64,000 nucleotides of DNA from a virus, in IMG/VR virus record IMGVR_UViG_3300029957_000007, positions 1 to 64,000 of that record; one strand, 5' to 3'. A program made the translations under genes and the position numbers. The notes below the pieces were generated by a model. That model had not been told where the DNA came from, searched no databases, and saw only the letters and a program-made list of their open reading frames with translations. This document shows positions 1 through 8,306 of this stretch, piece by piece (within the stretch, counting starts at the first letter, position 1; every line of letters begins with the position of its first letter).

Positions 1-1
1 T

Positions 2-142
2 ATTAGCATCGACATCGATGCCAAGAACAAGACGGAAGCTAAGAAGAAATTGGCTGCCTTCAATAAGTTCTTGAAAGCTCAAGCATTTGAGGGTTCTCGC
101 ATTGAGACCTTCTCTCCTCAAGTCTTCGAAGAGGAGAACTGA
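2..142 (+). CDS. 3' end of a hypothetical protein (5'-truncated by window edge)
   Basis: Frame open from base 2 (ISIDIDAKNKTEAKKK...FEEEN) to TGA at 140-142, TGATG overlap with the next gene. Confidence 0.7.
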   Translation: MSIDIDAKNKTEAKKKLAAFNKFLKAQAFEGSRIETFSPQVFEEEN

Positions 143-978
143 TGAGACCACTTTGCATCTATCACAGCAGCTGCACTGATGGTTTCGGAAGCGCGTTGAT
201 CGTCCACAATCACTTCAAAGGTGATGTGGACATTTGGCGTGGTCGGTACCAAAGTGAGAAGCTGCCAAGCACCAAGGATCGCGATGTCTACATCGTCGAC
301 TTCTCGTACAAGCCGAGCGACATGTACAAGTTGCAGATGATGTCGAAGAAGATCATCTGGCTGGATCACCACGTCAGTGCCATCGAAGCGATGAATGACT
401 TCCAATGGCGAGGTCAGGATGTGAATGGCTCTAGTCTCGATCCGATGAAGAGCGGTGTTGGACTGACGTGGAATCACTTCTACCCTGAAGATCCGATGCC
501 AGCTCTTTACGAGAACATCCAGGATTGGGACACTTGGCAGTTCAAACTGCACAATACTCGCAAAGTGCATTATGCTCTGCACTCTCATGAGCAAGACTTT
601 ACGATCTGGAATAAGTTCTTGGACGATGAAGGCTATCGTCAGCTCGTTGTTGATGGCGTTGCTCTTGAGCGCAATCACAATCTTAAAGTCGTTGCATTGG
701 TGAGACAAGCCTTCATGATGAGCATCGCTGGCTATCAAGTGCCAGTGGTGAATGCTTCTCCCGATATGGCTTCTGATGTTGGGAACGAGCTGAGCAAAGG
801 TCAGCCTTTCGCCGGGATCTGGTTCGAAACGGAGAAGGGCATGAGCTTCAGCCTCCGCTCTCAAGAGAATGGTCAAGATGTTTCCAAGATCGCTGCCATG
901 TTCGGTGGTGGTGGTCACAAACGCTCTGCTGGATTCCAGATCTTAAAAGGCAGAGCTCCTATCGAGGTGAGGAAATGA
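142..978 (+). CDS. DHH/DHHA1 family phosphoesterase
   Basis: Motifs YH..CTDGFGS, IVDFS, WLDHH, DWD and C-terminal SLRS...DVSKIAAMFGGGGHKRSAGF (DHHA1 GGGH). Confidence 0.9.
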   Translation: MRPLCIYHSSCTDGFGSALIVHNHFKGDVDIWRGRYQSEKLPSTKDRDVYIVDFSYKPSDMYKLQMMSKKIIWLDHHVSAIEAMNDFQWRGQDVNGSSLDPMKSGVGLTWNHFYPEDPMPALYENIQDWDTWQFKLHNTRKVHYALHSHEQDFTIWNKFLDDEGYRQLVVDGVALERNHNLKVVALVRQAFMMSIAGYQVPVVNASPDMASDVGNELSKGQPFAGIWFETEKGMSFSLRSQENGQDVSKIAAMFGGGGHKRSAGFQILKGRAPIEVRK

Positions 979-1370
979 ACAACGCATTACCTGAAGGACC
1001 TGGTACCATCATCACTCACGAAGTAGAGTTAACAAAGCTTCATTACGAAAGGCTTGTTGGAATGTATGCCATTCGAGCCACTGTATTCTTGAATCAGTCG
1101 GTCGAAGCCAATAAGAAATTGAAAGAGTCAGAAGACGTCAAGATGAAGGCGTTGATCGCTTTGAATGCTGAACAGCTCTATTCTAGCAGAATGGCATCGG
1201 CAGTTGAAGAACTGCTTAAAGACATCCATCACAAACTTGAGCATAACGGAATTCCGAATGAGGAATGGCTCAAAGATCTCTATTACAGATTTGGCAGTAA
1301 GATCAATATGGTCAACACACTCAAGCCGAATCGCAAGGACTTTACAGAAGAGGTACAACTAGCAAACTGA
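975..1370 (+). CDS. hypothetical protein
   Basis: 131-aa ORF, ATGA overlap with upstream gene. Confidence 0.7.
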   Translation: MNNALPEGPGTIITHEVELTKLHYERLVGMYAIRATVFLNQSVEANKKLKESEDVKMKALIALNAEQLYSSRMASAVEELLKDIHHKLEHNGIPNEEWLKDLYYRFGSKINMVNTLKPNRKDFTEEVQLAN

Positions 1371-1396
1371 ACACTACTCACTCACTAGAGGATCGC

Positions 1397-1657
1397 ATGG
1401 TAATGACGTTGAGGGGCAATGCGAAAGGAGTCGGCTTGAGCCGTGGCGCTTCATTTGTGAGCGACTGGCTAGACATGCGTGATCCAGAGAACAAGAAACA
1501 CTTCGGTCATGGTGAAGTCAAACGAATCACGTCACCAAAGGATTTGAAGAAGGAAGAAAAGCGCATCCAAGAGATGGAAGCTGCTCTTAGAGAAGAGCGA
1601 CTCAAACTCGAGGGTAAAAATGCAGATCTTCGTTCCGTTCGCAAATCCAAAGTTTAA
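1397..1657 (+). CDS. hypothetical protein
   Basis: 86-aa ORF, GAGG SD upstream, preceded by ACTCACTCA motif. Confidence 0.65.
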   Translation: MVMTLRGNAKGVGLSRGASFVSDWLDMRDPENKKHFGHGEVKRITSPKDLKKEEKRIQEMEAALREERLKLEGKNADLRSVRKSKV

Positions 1658-2159
1658 TGCTCTCTGTCTTGACGACAAGCGAGTTGTCAAGATGTGCACT
1701 GAAACAGCGCAGATCCTGTCGACCGTCATGTACTTAAACGAGATGAGCAATCTCAAGGCTCCATATAAGCCAACACACATTTTTCATCCATGTGTCAAAT
1801 GGGCCGCTGCATCAGTTGAGAATTATGCATGGCTCTGCGACTACTTCGTTGCACTTCACAATGTGTACACAGAACGATATCACAAGATCCATGCTTGTGC
1901 ACAACATGCAAAAGTCTTTTACGACTACTGCATGTTCATGAGAAGTAGGAACCATCCGGTTCCTTTGACACCGTTCGCTAATGTGACAAAGGACTTTAAA
2001 CACATCGAAGATGTACATGAAGCCTACCGTCGTCAGTTAGTTAGAAAGTGGAGAAATGATAAGCGAACTCCACGGTGGAGAAAGCATTCGCTTCGAACTA
2101 AACTAGCGACTGGTGATCGTATCAAATCGTTCACGGCTTGGCTCGAGGTATTCAAATGA
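1620..2159 (+). CDS. pyrimidine dimer DNA glycosylase / endonuclease V-like family protein
   Basis: MQIF...LDDKRVVKMCTETAQILST...YKPTHIFHPCVKWA...NYAWL...Y..RY.KIH pattern of the Pyr_excise family. Confidence 0.8.
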   Translation: MQIFVPFANPKFNALCLDDKRVVKMCTETAQILSTVMYLNEMSNLKAPYKPTHIFHPCVKWAAASVENYAWLCDYFVALHNVYTERYHKIHACAQHAKVFYDYCMFMRSRNHPVPLTPFANVTKDFKHIEDVHEAYRRQLVRKWRNDKRTPRWRKHSLRTKLATGDRIKSFTAWLEVFK

Positions 2160-2650
2160 GTGAAGACAAAGAAGAGCTGTGGATGATCCCAGTCATGGTG
2201 ATCATTAAGAAGAAGGATGCCATCAATGCTTTTGAAGCCTTTCAAGATGGCTTCATCGAGCCAATGGTTGAGGTGTTAGAAGGCAATGATGATCTGCTGT
2301 TCATGTTCAATCACGGTGACATGGTCAAGCATGTTCACGACGACAGTGGTTGCATCAAAACGCCTATCAGCAAAGAAGATACGACACTCATTGAGAAGCT
2401 CACGCTGCCTCTTGAGGTACTGCAGAAGATCGATGCAGTGCGCAATAGATTCAATGAAGTGAAAGGCAAAATCGTTGCTCAGAAGATCCTTCACAAAGAC
2501 GATTGTGTGAGATGTGAAGGGAAAGGAAAGGTGAAAGAAGGAATGCCTCCAATCGTTGAGATCAGAAAGTGCCCAGACTGTGATGGGACTGGAAAGAAAA
2601 AACTCACTCATGGAGAAGCTGATGGCTCCCAGAAAGATCAAAGCAGCTGA
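2156..2650 (+). CDS. hypothetical protein with C-terminal DnaJ-type Zn finger
   Basis: CVRCEGKG...CPDCDGTG; ATG at 2156 (ATGA overlap). Confidence 0.7.
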   Translation: MSEDKEELWMIPVMVIIKKKDAINAFEAFQDGFIEPMVEVLEGNDDLLFMFNHGDMVKHVHDDSGCIKTPISKEDTTLIEKLTLPLEVLQKIDAVRNRFNEVKGKIVAQKILHKDDCVRCEGKGKVKEGMPPIVEIRKCPDCDGTGKKKLTHGEADGSQKDQSS

Positions 2651-3023
2651 GCAGATAGACAACGCATTGGTGAGGCTTCGAGTTGCAAAGCTCGATGCGA
2701 TGAAATTCCCACAGACTCCGCCAATGGCAGATGAACGCATGAAGCAGATGCAAGAGGAAAGTGAGAAGAACAATCGGCTCATAAGTTGGATGGCTGCTCA
2801 CGATCTTCACATCACAATGAAGACACACGTCATTCGCATGAGAAAAGAGGATGGTGGTCTCTTCGTTGGCTACTCATCTGTTGTTGATGAGTTAGCCGAT
2901 AAGACGATCATCGGCATTGGTCTTTCACCAATGAGATCATTGATAGCCCTCTGCGAGATCTTGAACCAAAAGATCGTAGTCACTGCCTACTTCAATGGCA
3001 AATCTGCTCGAGTCAAGTTCTGA
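2610..3023 (+). CDS. hypothetical protein
   Basis: ORF in operon; start chosen at ATG 2610 (uncertain). Confidence 0.6.
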   Translation: MEKLMAPRKIKAAEQIDNALVRLRVAKLDAMKFPQTPPMADERMKQMQEESEKNNRLISWMAAHDLHITMKTHVIRMRKEDGGLFVGYSSVVDELADKTIIGIGLSPMRSLIALCEILNQKIVVTAYFNGKSARVKF

Positions 3024-3382
3024 TGCTCACCAAAGTGCCGAAGTGCAATCGCATAGCAGAGTGCATGGAAAACAAGCGATGCGTTTGGCAAGGAAATCCG
3101 GCGAACAAGGATCTCAAATGCGCTTTCTTTGAGAACAAACTGAAGAAAATGCAGGAAGAGCAGTTGAGACAGAAACACAATCCGGAGTTCAAGACTCTCA
3201 CTCGAGTCACTGAACGCATTACAAAGCTCACTGAAGAAAAGAATAAGCAAGTGAACGCGCTCAATTCGAAAGTCGAGAAGGTGAAGATCGAGTACAACAC
3301 CAAGATCGAACGGCTGAAGGGACAGCAAGAGAAGTTGAAGCTGTCCATCTATGGAAGTGAGAAACAAGGAGGAACACTGTGA
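3023..3382 (+). CDS. hypothetical coiled-coil protein with Cys-rich N-terminus
   Basis: 119-aa ORF, TGATG overlap. Confidence 0.65.
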   Translation: MLTKVPKCNRIAECMENKRCVWQGNPANKDLKCAFFENKLKKMQEEQLRQKHNPEFKTLTRVTERITKLTEEKNKQVNALNSKVEKVKIEYNTKIERLKGQQEKLKLSIYGSEKQGGTL

Positions 3383-3690
3383 GCACACCGCAAGCTCCCA
3401 GACACGACATCGTTGTTGGTCAAGTCCTTGAGTCAGACACAAAGGGCAAGCCAATTGCGTTGTTCAAGGGACAGAAGAAGGATTCGTTCGCTAAGGCATA
3501 TAAGCGAGACGAAGTTTGGGTGTTAGTCTCGGATGAGACATACACTGGTGGTGGACTGATCATCTTCATCAATGATAAAGAGGATGTTGGAATAGTCAAG
3601 AAAGCAATTGACGCCATCACTCACAAACGACCAACGCGTTTGAAGATCCAGAAGACGCTTCCTCACGTTGCTTTTGGAGAAGTGCTCTGA
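3379..3690 (+). CDS. hypothetical protein
   Basis: GGAGG SD, GTG start, 103 aa. Confidence 0.65.
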   Translation: MSTPQAPRHDIVVGQVLESDTKGKPIALFKGQKKDSFAKAYKRDEVWVLVSDETYTGGGLIIFINDKEDVGIVKKAIDAITHKRPTRLKIQKTLPHVAFGEVL

Positions 3691-3711
3691 ACTCACTCAT
3701 GGAGGGCATGA

Positions 3712-4095
3712 ATGTTTCGACTGCCTGAATCAGAAAGGAAAAAGCTCGAAGGATTGAGAACAGTGCTCGACCCATTGCTCAAAGTCAAGTTCCTGATGAA
3801 AGACTCATCCTTCATCTACAACTTGTACTTGAGCGTTGCAACAGGAAAGTACGGCTATGAAGCAGTAGACTTTGAGAAGGTGGTCAACGATCCTCTCGCT
3901 TATCCTTCACCAAGCGAAAAAGATCGCATCATCAAGCTCATCACACAACGAGGCAAAGCAGAAGCGAATGACCTTCTCAATTTGCTGTTCAAAGTCGAGA
4001 AAGGCAAATGGGTTGCAAACGGATGGGAGATCGATAAGAATTATCTCAGCATCAAGAAGAGGATGTGGTTCAAGTTCCATAACACTAAAGCTTAG
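3712..4095 (+). CDS. hypothetical protein
   Basis: 127-aa ORF, GGAGG SD, ACTCACTCA upstream. Confidence 0.7.
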   Translation: MFRLPESERKKLEGLRTVLDPLLKVKFLMKDSSFIYNLYLSVATGKYGYEAVDFEKVVNDPLAYPSPSEKDRIIKLITQRGKAEANDLLNLLFKVEKGKWVANGWEIDKNYLSIKKRMWFKFHNTKA

Positions 4096-4103
4096 GAGGA
4101 GGC

Positions 4104-4961
4104 GTGGCTAAGTTCCCTGGTAAAACAAAGGACAAGCCAATAGTCCTCCAGATCTTCTTCTTCAAAGCATACTTCAAATCCAAGAAGAACCCAGACAAAT
4201 TGAAAAACAGGGTCTTCAAGGTGTACGCAACGAAGTTTGCTAGAGCTAAGTTGAGAGTGGAGAACTACTGCGAACGAGAAAAGATCAAGGTCATCAACGT
4301 GGCTGGCATTGAACCACGTCAAGCGCAAGATCGTGAGTGGATTGAGTTGGGACTTCCGAAAGACAAGAAAATCCGACTCGACAAACTCGAACTCAAGCGA
4401 CTCATTAAACTCAAGCATAACACTTTTGGATTCATTTGGATCGCTGATCCATTATTGCCAGTGACGAAGAGGTTGGTTGGTAATCCAGTCGCCTTCTTTG
4501 TACCGCAGGGCAAGGATCATGTGATGGTGAAGACGATCAAGTTTGAGCCTCAGTATTTTGATCTCAAAATTGACGTCAAAGAAAAGTTGAACATCGGTGC
4601 TCAACAAGAACGCAAGTCGAAGATCAATACCATTCGACAGCACTTGGCGATCCTTGAGCTCAACTGTGAACGAGCTACCGATGTGGATCTCGACGTGATC
4701 AATGACGTCATCTGTGATCAAGTGAAGTTCACAGCTAAGCAAAATAAGAAGTACTCAACTGAAGTCGCTAAACGGATCGTTGAAGACTTCCATCGTCTTC
4801 GCAAGATCAAGCAACAAGGGAATGTGAAGTACTCAGTTCCCTACGCTCTTCGTAAAGCCTTCAGAAAAGACATCGACAACACGATCCAAGATCTTGAAGT
4901 TGCCTGTGAACTACTGAGGAAGGAAGGCTACAAGATCATGGATCCACAATCCATCTTCTGA
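4104..4961 (+). CDS. hypothetical basic protein
   Basis: 285-aa ORF, strong AGGAGGAGG SD, GTG start. Confidence 0.75.
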   Translation: MAKFPGKTKDKPIVLQIFFFKAYFKSKKNPDKLKNRVFKVYATKFARAKLRVENYCEREKIKVINVAGIEPRQAQDREWIELGLPKDKKIRLDKLELKRLIKLKHNTFGFIWIADPLLPVTKRLVGNPVAFFVPQGKDHVMVKTIKFEPQYFDLKIDVKEKLNIGAQQERKSKINTIRQHLAILELNCERATDVDLDVINDVICDQVKFTAKQNKKYSTEVAKRIVEDFHRLRKIKQQGNVKYSVPYALRKAFRKDIDNTIQDLEVACELLRKEGYKIMDPQSIF

Positions 4962-4968
4962 GGCGCTG

Positions 4969-5322
4969 ATGAAAGGTGGAAAAAGAAAAAATAGCAACTC
5001 AGCGCAGAAGTCATGGAAGAAAAACTTCCACATCATTCCGTGTTGCAACTGTCAGAACCCAACAAAGGCTTCTGCAGAAGCGGATAAGATCTTGTGTGGA
5101 GACTGCGTTGTAAATGATCCTTTGAATGGCTTTGCGAGATACTACAACAAACCGTTCAAAACATTCAAGATGGCCTCCAGGTATTTGGAAGCCACGACAG
5201 AAGTGGAATATCAACCTTCCAAGAAGGTTGTCCCTAAAGCCAAATCGAGTGGTCCTGCACCGCTGAATAAGATGCAGCTGTGGTACAGAGCCCACAAGAA
5301 TCTGAGTGGAGATAGGTTATGA
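4969..5322 (+). CDS. hypothetical protein with Zn finger
   Basis: CCNC...CGDC motif. Confidence 0.65.
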   Translation: MKGGKRKNSNSAQKSWKKNFHIIPCCNCQNPTKASAEADKILCGDCVVNDPLNGFARYYNKPFKTFKMASRYLEATTEVEYQPSKKVVPKAKSSGPAPLNKMQLWYRAHKNLSGDRL

Positions 5323-5648
5323 ACGAGAAAAAAAGCTTTGAACAGCAAGTCGAGGACGCTGTCAAGTCGTCAGCATTGAAAAGCCATTTGGCTGAGGTGA
5401 TCCAAAAGGTTGTGAAGGAACAAGCTCGTGAGACGATCGAAGACATGATCAAGTCCCGAGTGAAGAAGGAATTCGAATTGATCATCGCCAGTGATCAATT
5501 CAAGAAGGCATTCAACAAGCATGTTGAAGAGGAAATGTGGGAGTACATTCGCAATGCAGAGATCATGGAACTGATCCCGAAAAAGACGTGGGATAAGATG
5601 TTGAACCACATGATCAAGTCGGTGCTGAACCCCCGAGTTGTTCAGTAG
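5319..5648 (+). CDS. hypothetical protein
   Basis: 109-aa helical ORF in operon. Confidence 0.65.
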   Translation: MNEKKSFEQQVEDAVKSSALKSHLAEVIQKVVKEQARETIEDMIKSRVKKEFELIIASDQFKKAFNKHVEEEMWEYIRNAEIMELIPKKTWDKMLNHMIKSVLNPRVVQ

Positions 5649-5991
5649 CGTGTGGGTGCTTTCTGCCTATCTTCATTGGATGAAAGAAAAGAAAGTCGGC
5701 TTCACTCTCCAATGGGATCATCAGCAACAGTACTTCAGCGGGATGGTCGAAGGGATTGACTTTCCAAAGATCAACAGCGAGAATCCGTACGAGATCATGA
5801 TGCTCACCTTTCGTACTCTCAAAGGGCGAGTACTTCATATCAAACGTGAGTTTGGTACTGAAGCAATTCGCATTCCAGATCTTTTTGAGGCCTCAGATGC
5901 CGACCATCTCAGAACAAGCGCTAAGAGAATTAACAGCAGCAAGGTTGCTGACGATACTCAAGGAGATCCAAACAAAGCGACCGTTCACTGA
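5638..5991 (+). CDS. hypothetical protein (start uncertain, possibly 5650 or 5680)
   Basis: ORF filling the gap in the operon; overlaps next gene. Confidence 0.5.
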   Translation: MFSSVWVLSAYLHWMKEKKVGFTLQWDHQQQYFSGMVEGIDFPKINSENPYEIMMLTFRTLKGRVLHIKREFGTEAIRIPDLFEASDADHLRTSAKRINSSKVADDTQGDPNKATVH

Positions 5992-6127
5992 GATCCAAGT
6001 TCGAACGGTTCAGAATGTGAACATTGGAAAGTTCGATGGTGAAGAAGTGATCGATGTAAAGACAGAGAAAGGACGATTGACCATCACAACTCCTGTATTC
6101 GTGGAGAAGGAGAAAGCCAATGGCTAA
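5897..6127 (+). CDS. hypothetical protein
   Basis: GAGG SD then ATG 5897 (MPTISEQ...). Confidence 0.6.
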   Translation: MPTISEQALRELTAARLLTILKEIQTKRPFTEIQVRTVQNVNIGKFDGEEVIDVKTEKGRLTITTPVFVEKEKANG

Positions 6128-6461
6128 AGACAAAGTGGTGGATACGAAAGGTGATCGCAAACCGATCGAATACAAGTTGCTTCACGAGTTCGAAACGCTT
6201 TCAGACGGTGAGAACAGGAAACGGATGGTGACAATCGGACAATGGGGTTCCAATCCTCCGAAGGTTGACATCCGAGTCTGGAAGCGAGATCGTGAAAGTG
6301 GAGCTTGGTCGCCTGGTAAGGGCGTCTCATTGTCCTATGAGGAATGGACAATGATGATGAGCAACAACATGATGGAGAAGGTCGAAGAGAAGATCGCAGA
6401 AGAAGAGCAAGCCTTCGAAAAGAAGCAGAAGAAGGGTGACAAAGATAAGAAAGCGAAATAG
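6120..6461 (+). CDS. PC4/YdbC-like ssDNA-binding protein (transcriptional coactivator p15 family)
   Basis: VTIGQWGSNPPKVDIRVW...WSPGKGVSLSYEEW matches the PC4-family pattern. Confidence 0.75.
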   Translation: MAKDKVVDTKGDRKPIEYKLLHEFETLSDGENRKRMVTIGQWGSNPPKVDIRVWKRDRESGAWSPGKGVSLSYEEWTMMMSNNMMEKVEEKIAEEEQAFEKKQKKGDKDKKAK

Positions 6462-6463
6462 CT

Positions 6464-7069
6464 ATGTTCTCAAAATACCACGGACCAAATAGGATCGGAC
6501 CGAACCTCGTCAGAAGAGCAAGGCGCAGTGATGATGCATTCGAAGATCTGTTGAAGATCGCAGATCGACTCATCATTGCCTTTGCTCTCCGCAGTGGAGT
6601 TCGTGGTGAGAGCATCGATGATCTATTGCAAGATGGACGCATCGTTGCTTGGAACTGCGTTCAGAACTTCGATCCAAAGGCTGGAGCAAAGTTCACAACA
6701 TTCTTGGGTACGTCACTCAAGAACAGGTTCAATCAACATCACTACAGTCAATACACCTACAAACGAAAAGTTCGATCGTCTAGCGTGTCACTGGACGATA
6801 TGAGGGAAGACAAGCCACAGATGATCAATGGCATTAGTGATCATAAGAGCGATGATCAATTCAATCTTAAGAACACTGAGATCTTCCTCTCAGAGTTGAT
6901 GGACATCCTTCCAGAAGAAGGAAGGAAGGTCTGCCAACTGATGATGAAAGGCCTGACACAAGAGCAGATCGCAAAGAAGATGCATCTCACGAAAGCAAAG
7001 GTCAGATCCATCTTTGACCGTAAAGTTCGTGATCGCATCATCGATGCACAACAGAACAATTTCCTTTGA
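6464..7069 (+). CDS. RNA polymerase sigma-70 family sigma factor
   Basis: Region 2 DDLLQDGRIVAWNCVQNFDPKAGAKFTTF; region 4 HTH EGRKVCQLMMKGLTQEQIAKKMHLTKAKVRS. Confidence 0.85.
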   Translation: MFSKYHGPNRIGPNLVRRARRSDDAFEDLLKIADRLIIAFALRSGVRGESIDDLLQDGRIVAWNCVQNFDPKAGAKFTTFLGTSLKNRFNQHHYSQYTYKRKVRSSSVSLDDMREDKPQMINGISDHKSDDQFNLKNTEIFLSELMDILPEEGRKVCQLMMKGLTQEQIAKKMHLTKAKVRSIFDRKVRDRIIDAQQNNFL

Positions 7070-7234
7070 AGTGCAGCATTGGATCAGGCTTTCCGGATAC
7101 TATATCTTCGAGTTTGATTCACTCACTTCACAGGTCTACTGACGGAGGTGGACTATCGGTTTATGACGGCGAGCAGAAACGAGGCTGATCTACGTCAACT
7201 TTCACTTTTCAATCATCACACAGAAGGAGCCACC

Positions 7235-8200
7235 ATGGCCAAGGATAAGAAGAAGGACGAGGAACTGGAAGAGGACGAGAAGGACATCAAGAAGAAGGGC
7301 AAGAAGAAGGAAGATGAAGAGGACGAGGACGACGAGAAGCCGAAGAAGAAGGGCAAGGCAAAGGACGACGACGAAGATGAGGACGAAGACGAGGAGGAAG
7401 ACGAGAAGCCTTCCAAGAAGAAGTCCAAGTCTGACGACGAAGACGAAGATGATGATGACGATGACGACGAGAAGCCTTCAAAGAAGAAGTCCAAGTCCGA
7501 TGACGAAGACGAGGATGAAGACGAGGATGAGGATGACGACGACGATGAGGACGACAAGAAGTCCAAGTCGAAGAAGAAGTCCAAGTCTGACGACGAAGAC
7601 GAAGATGAAGACGAGGATGACGACGACGAGGAAGATGAAAAGCCTTCCAAGAAGAAGAAGTCCAAGTCCGATGAGGACGATGAAGACGACGACGAGGATG
7701 AGGACGAAAAGCCCAAGTCCAAGAAGAAGTCGAAGAAGTCCGATGACGAAGACGAAGATGAGGAAGACGAGAAGCCTTCCAAGAAGAAGTCCAAGAAGTC
7801 CTCTGATGACGATGAGGATGACGAGGATGAGGACGAGGAGAAGTCCTCCAAGTCCAAAAAGAAGTCCAAGTCCAAAGATGACGAAGAGGACGAGGACGAC
7901 GAGGAAGACACCCCCAAAGGAAAGAAGGAGAAAACCATGGCTAAGAAAGAGAAGGACGTGAAGAAGAGCAAGAAGGAGAAAGAGGAGAAGAAGGAGAAGA
8001 AGAGCAAGCGAGGCAGCGGTGGTGAGCGACTGGTGAAGCATTGGTCGGGAGTCGCTGAGCGGCTGGCCAAGCGCTTGGCCAAGAACGCCAAGAAGCTGAC
8101 CAGCGAGCTGAAGAAGGTGAAGGACGACAAGGAGTCCAGCAAGGCGCTGAGCTCTTTGGGAGAGTCCTTCGAGAAGGCTGCCAAGGTCTTGGCGGACTAA
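7235..8200 (+). CDS. D/E/K low-complexity protein with C-terminal helical domain (paralog of 56716-56988)
   Basis: AAGGAG SD before ATG 7235; alternating poly-D/E and KPSKKKSKS blocks; C-terminal RLAKRLAKNAKKL...KVKDDK. Confidence 0.85.
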   Translation: MAKDKKKDEELEEDEKDIKKKGKKKEDEEDEDDEKPKKKGKAKDDDEDEDEDEEEDEKPSKKKSKSDDEDEDDDDDDDEKPSKKKSKSDDEDEDEDEDEDDDDDEDDKKSKSKKKSKSDDEDEDEDEDDDDEEDEKPSKKKKSKSDEDDEDDDEDEDEKPKSKKKSKKSDDEDEDEEDEKPSKKKSKKSSDDDEDDEDEDEEKSSKSKKKSKSKDDEEDEDDEEDTPKGKKEKTMAKKEKDVKKSKKEKEEKKEKKSKRGSGGERLVKHWSGVAERLAKRLAKNAKKLTSELKKVKDDKESSKALSSLGESFEKAAKVLAD

Positions 8201-8217
8201 GCAACGAGTAAGACTTG

Positions 8218-8248
8218 AGGAGAGGCGCCGAGAGGCGCCTCTCCTTTT
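8218..8248 (+). terminator. Rho-independent terminator
   Basis: 12-bp stem aggagaggcgcc / ggcgcctctcct, GAGA loop, followed by a T-run. Confidence 0.85.
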
Positions 8249-8306
8249 ATGGTCGAGCGCAGGTGAAACTCCGAGCGTCGACCTACACCTTTCAGAAAGG
8301 ATTCAC

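Noticed and set aside
118-918. 266-aa minus-strand ORF
   Set aside because: Antisense to the motif-complete DHH gene; no recognisable features
7250-7920. Possible CRISPR or tandem DNA repeat array
   Set aside because: Repeats are degenerate at synonymous positions and in frame, so they are protein-level repeats; there are no constant repeats with unique spacers anywhere in the window
7216-8184. Long minus-strand and alternative-frame ORFs (poly-Ser, Leu-rich, Arg/Thr/Met-rich)
   Set aside because: Shadows of the GAY/GAR/AAG repeat coding strand, which lacks stops in other frames; no SD and not protein-like
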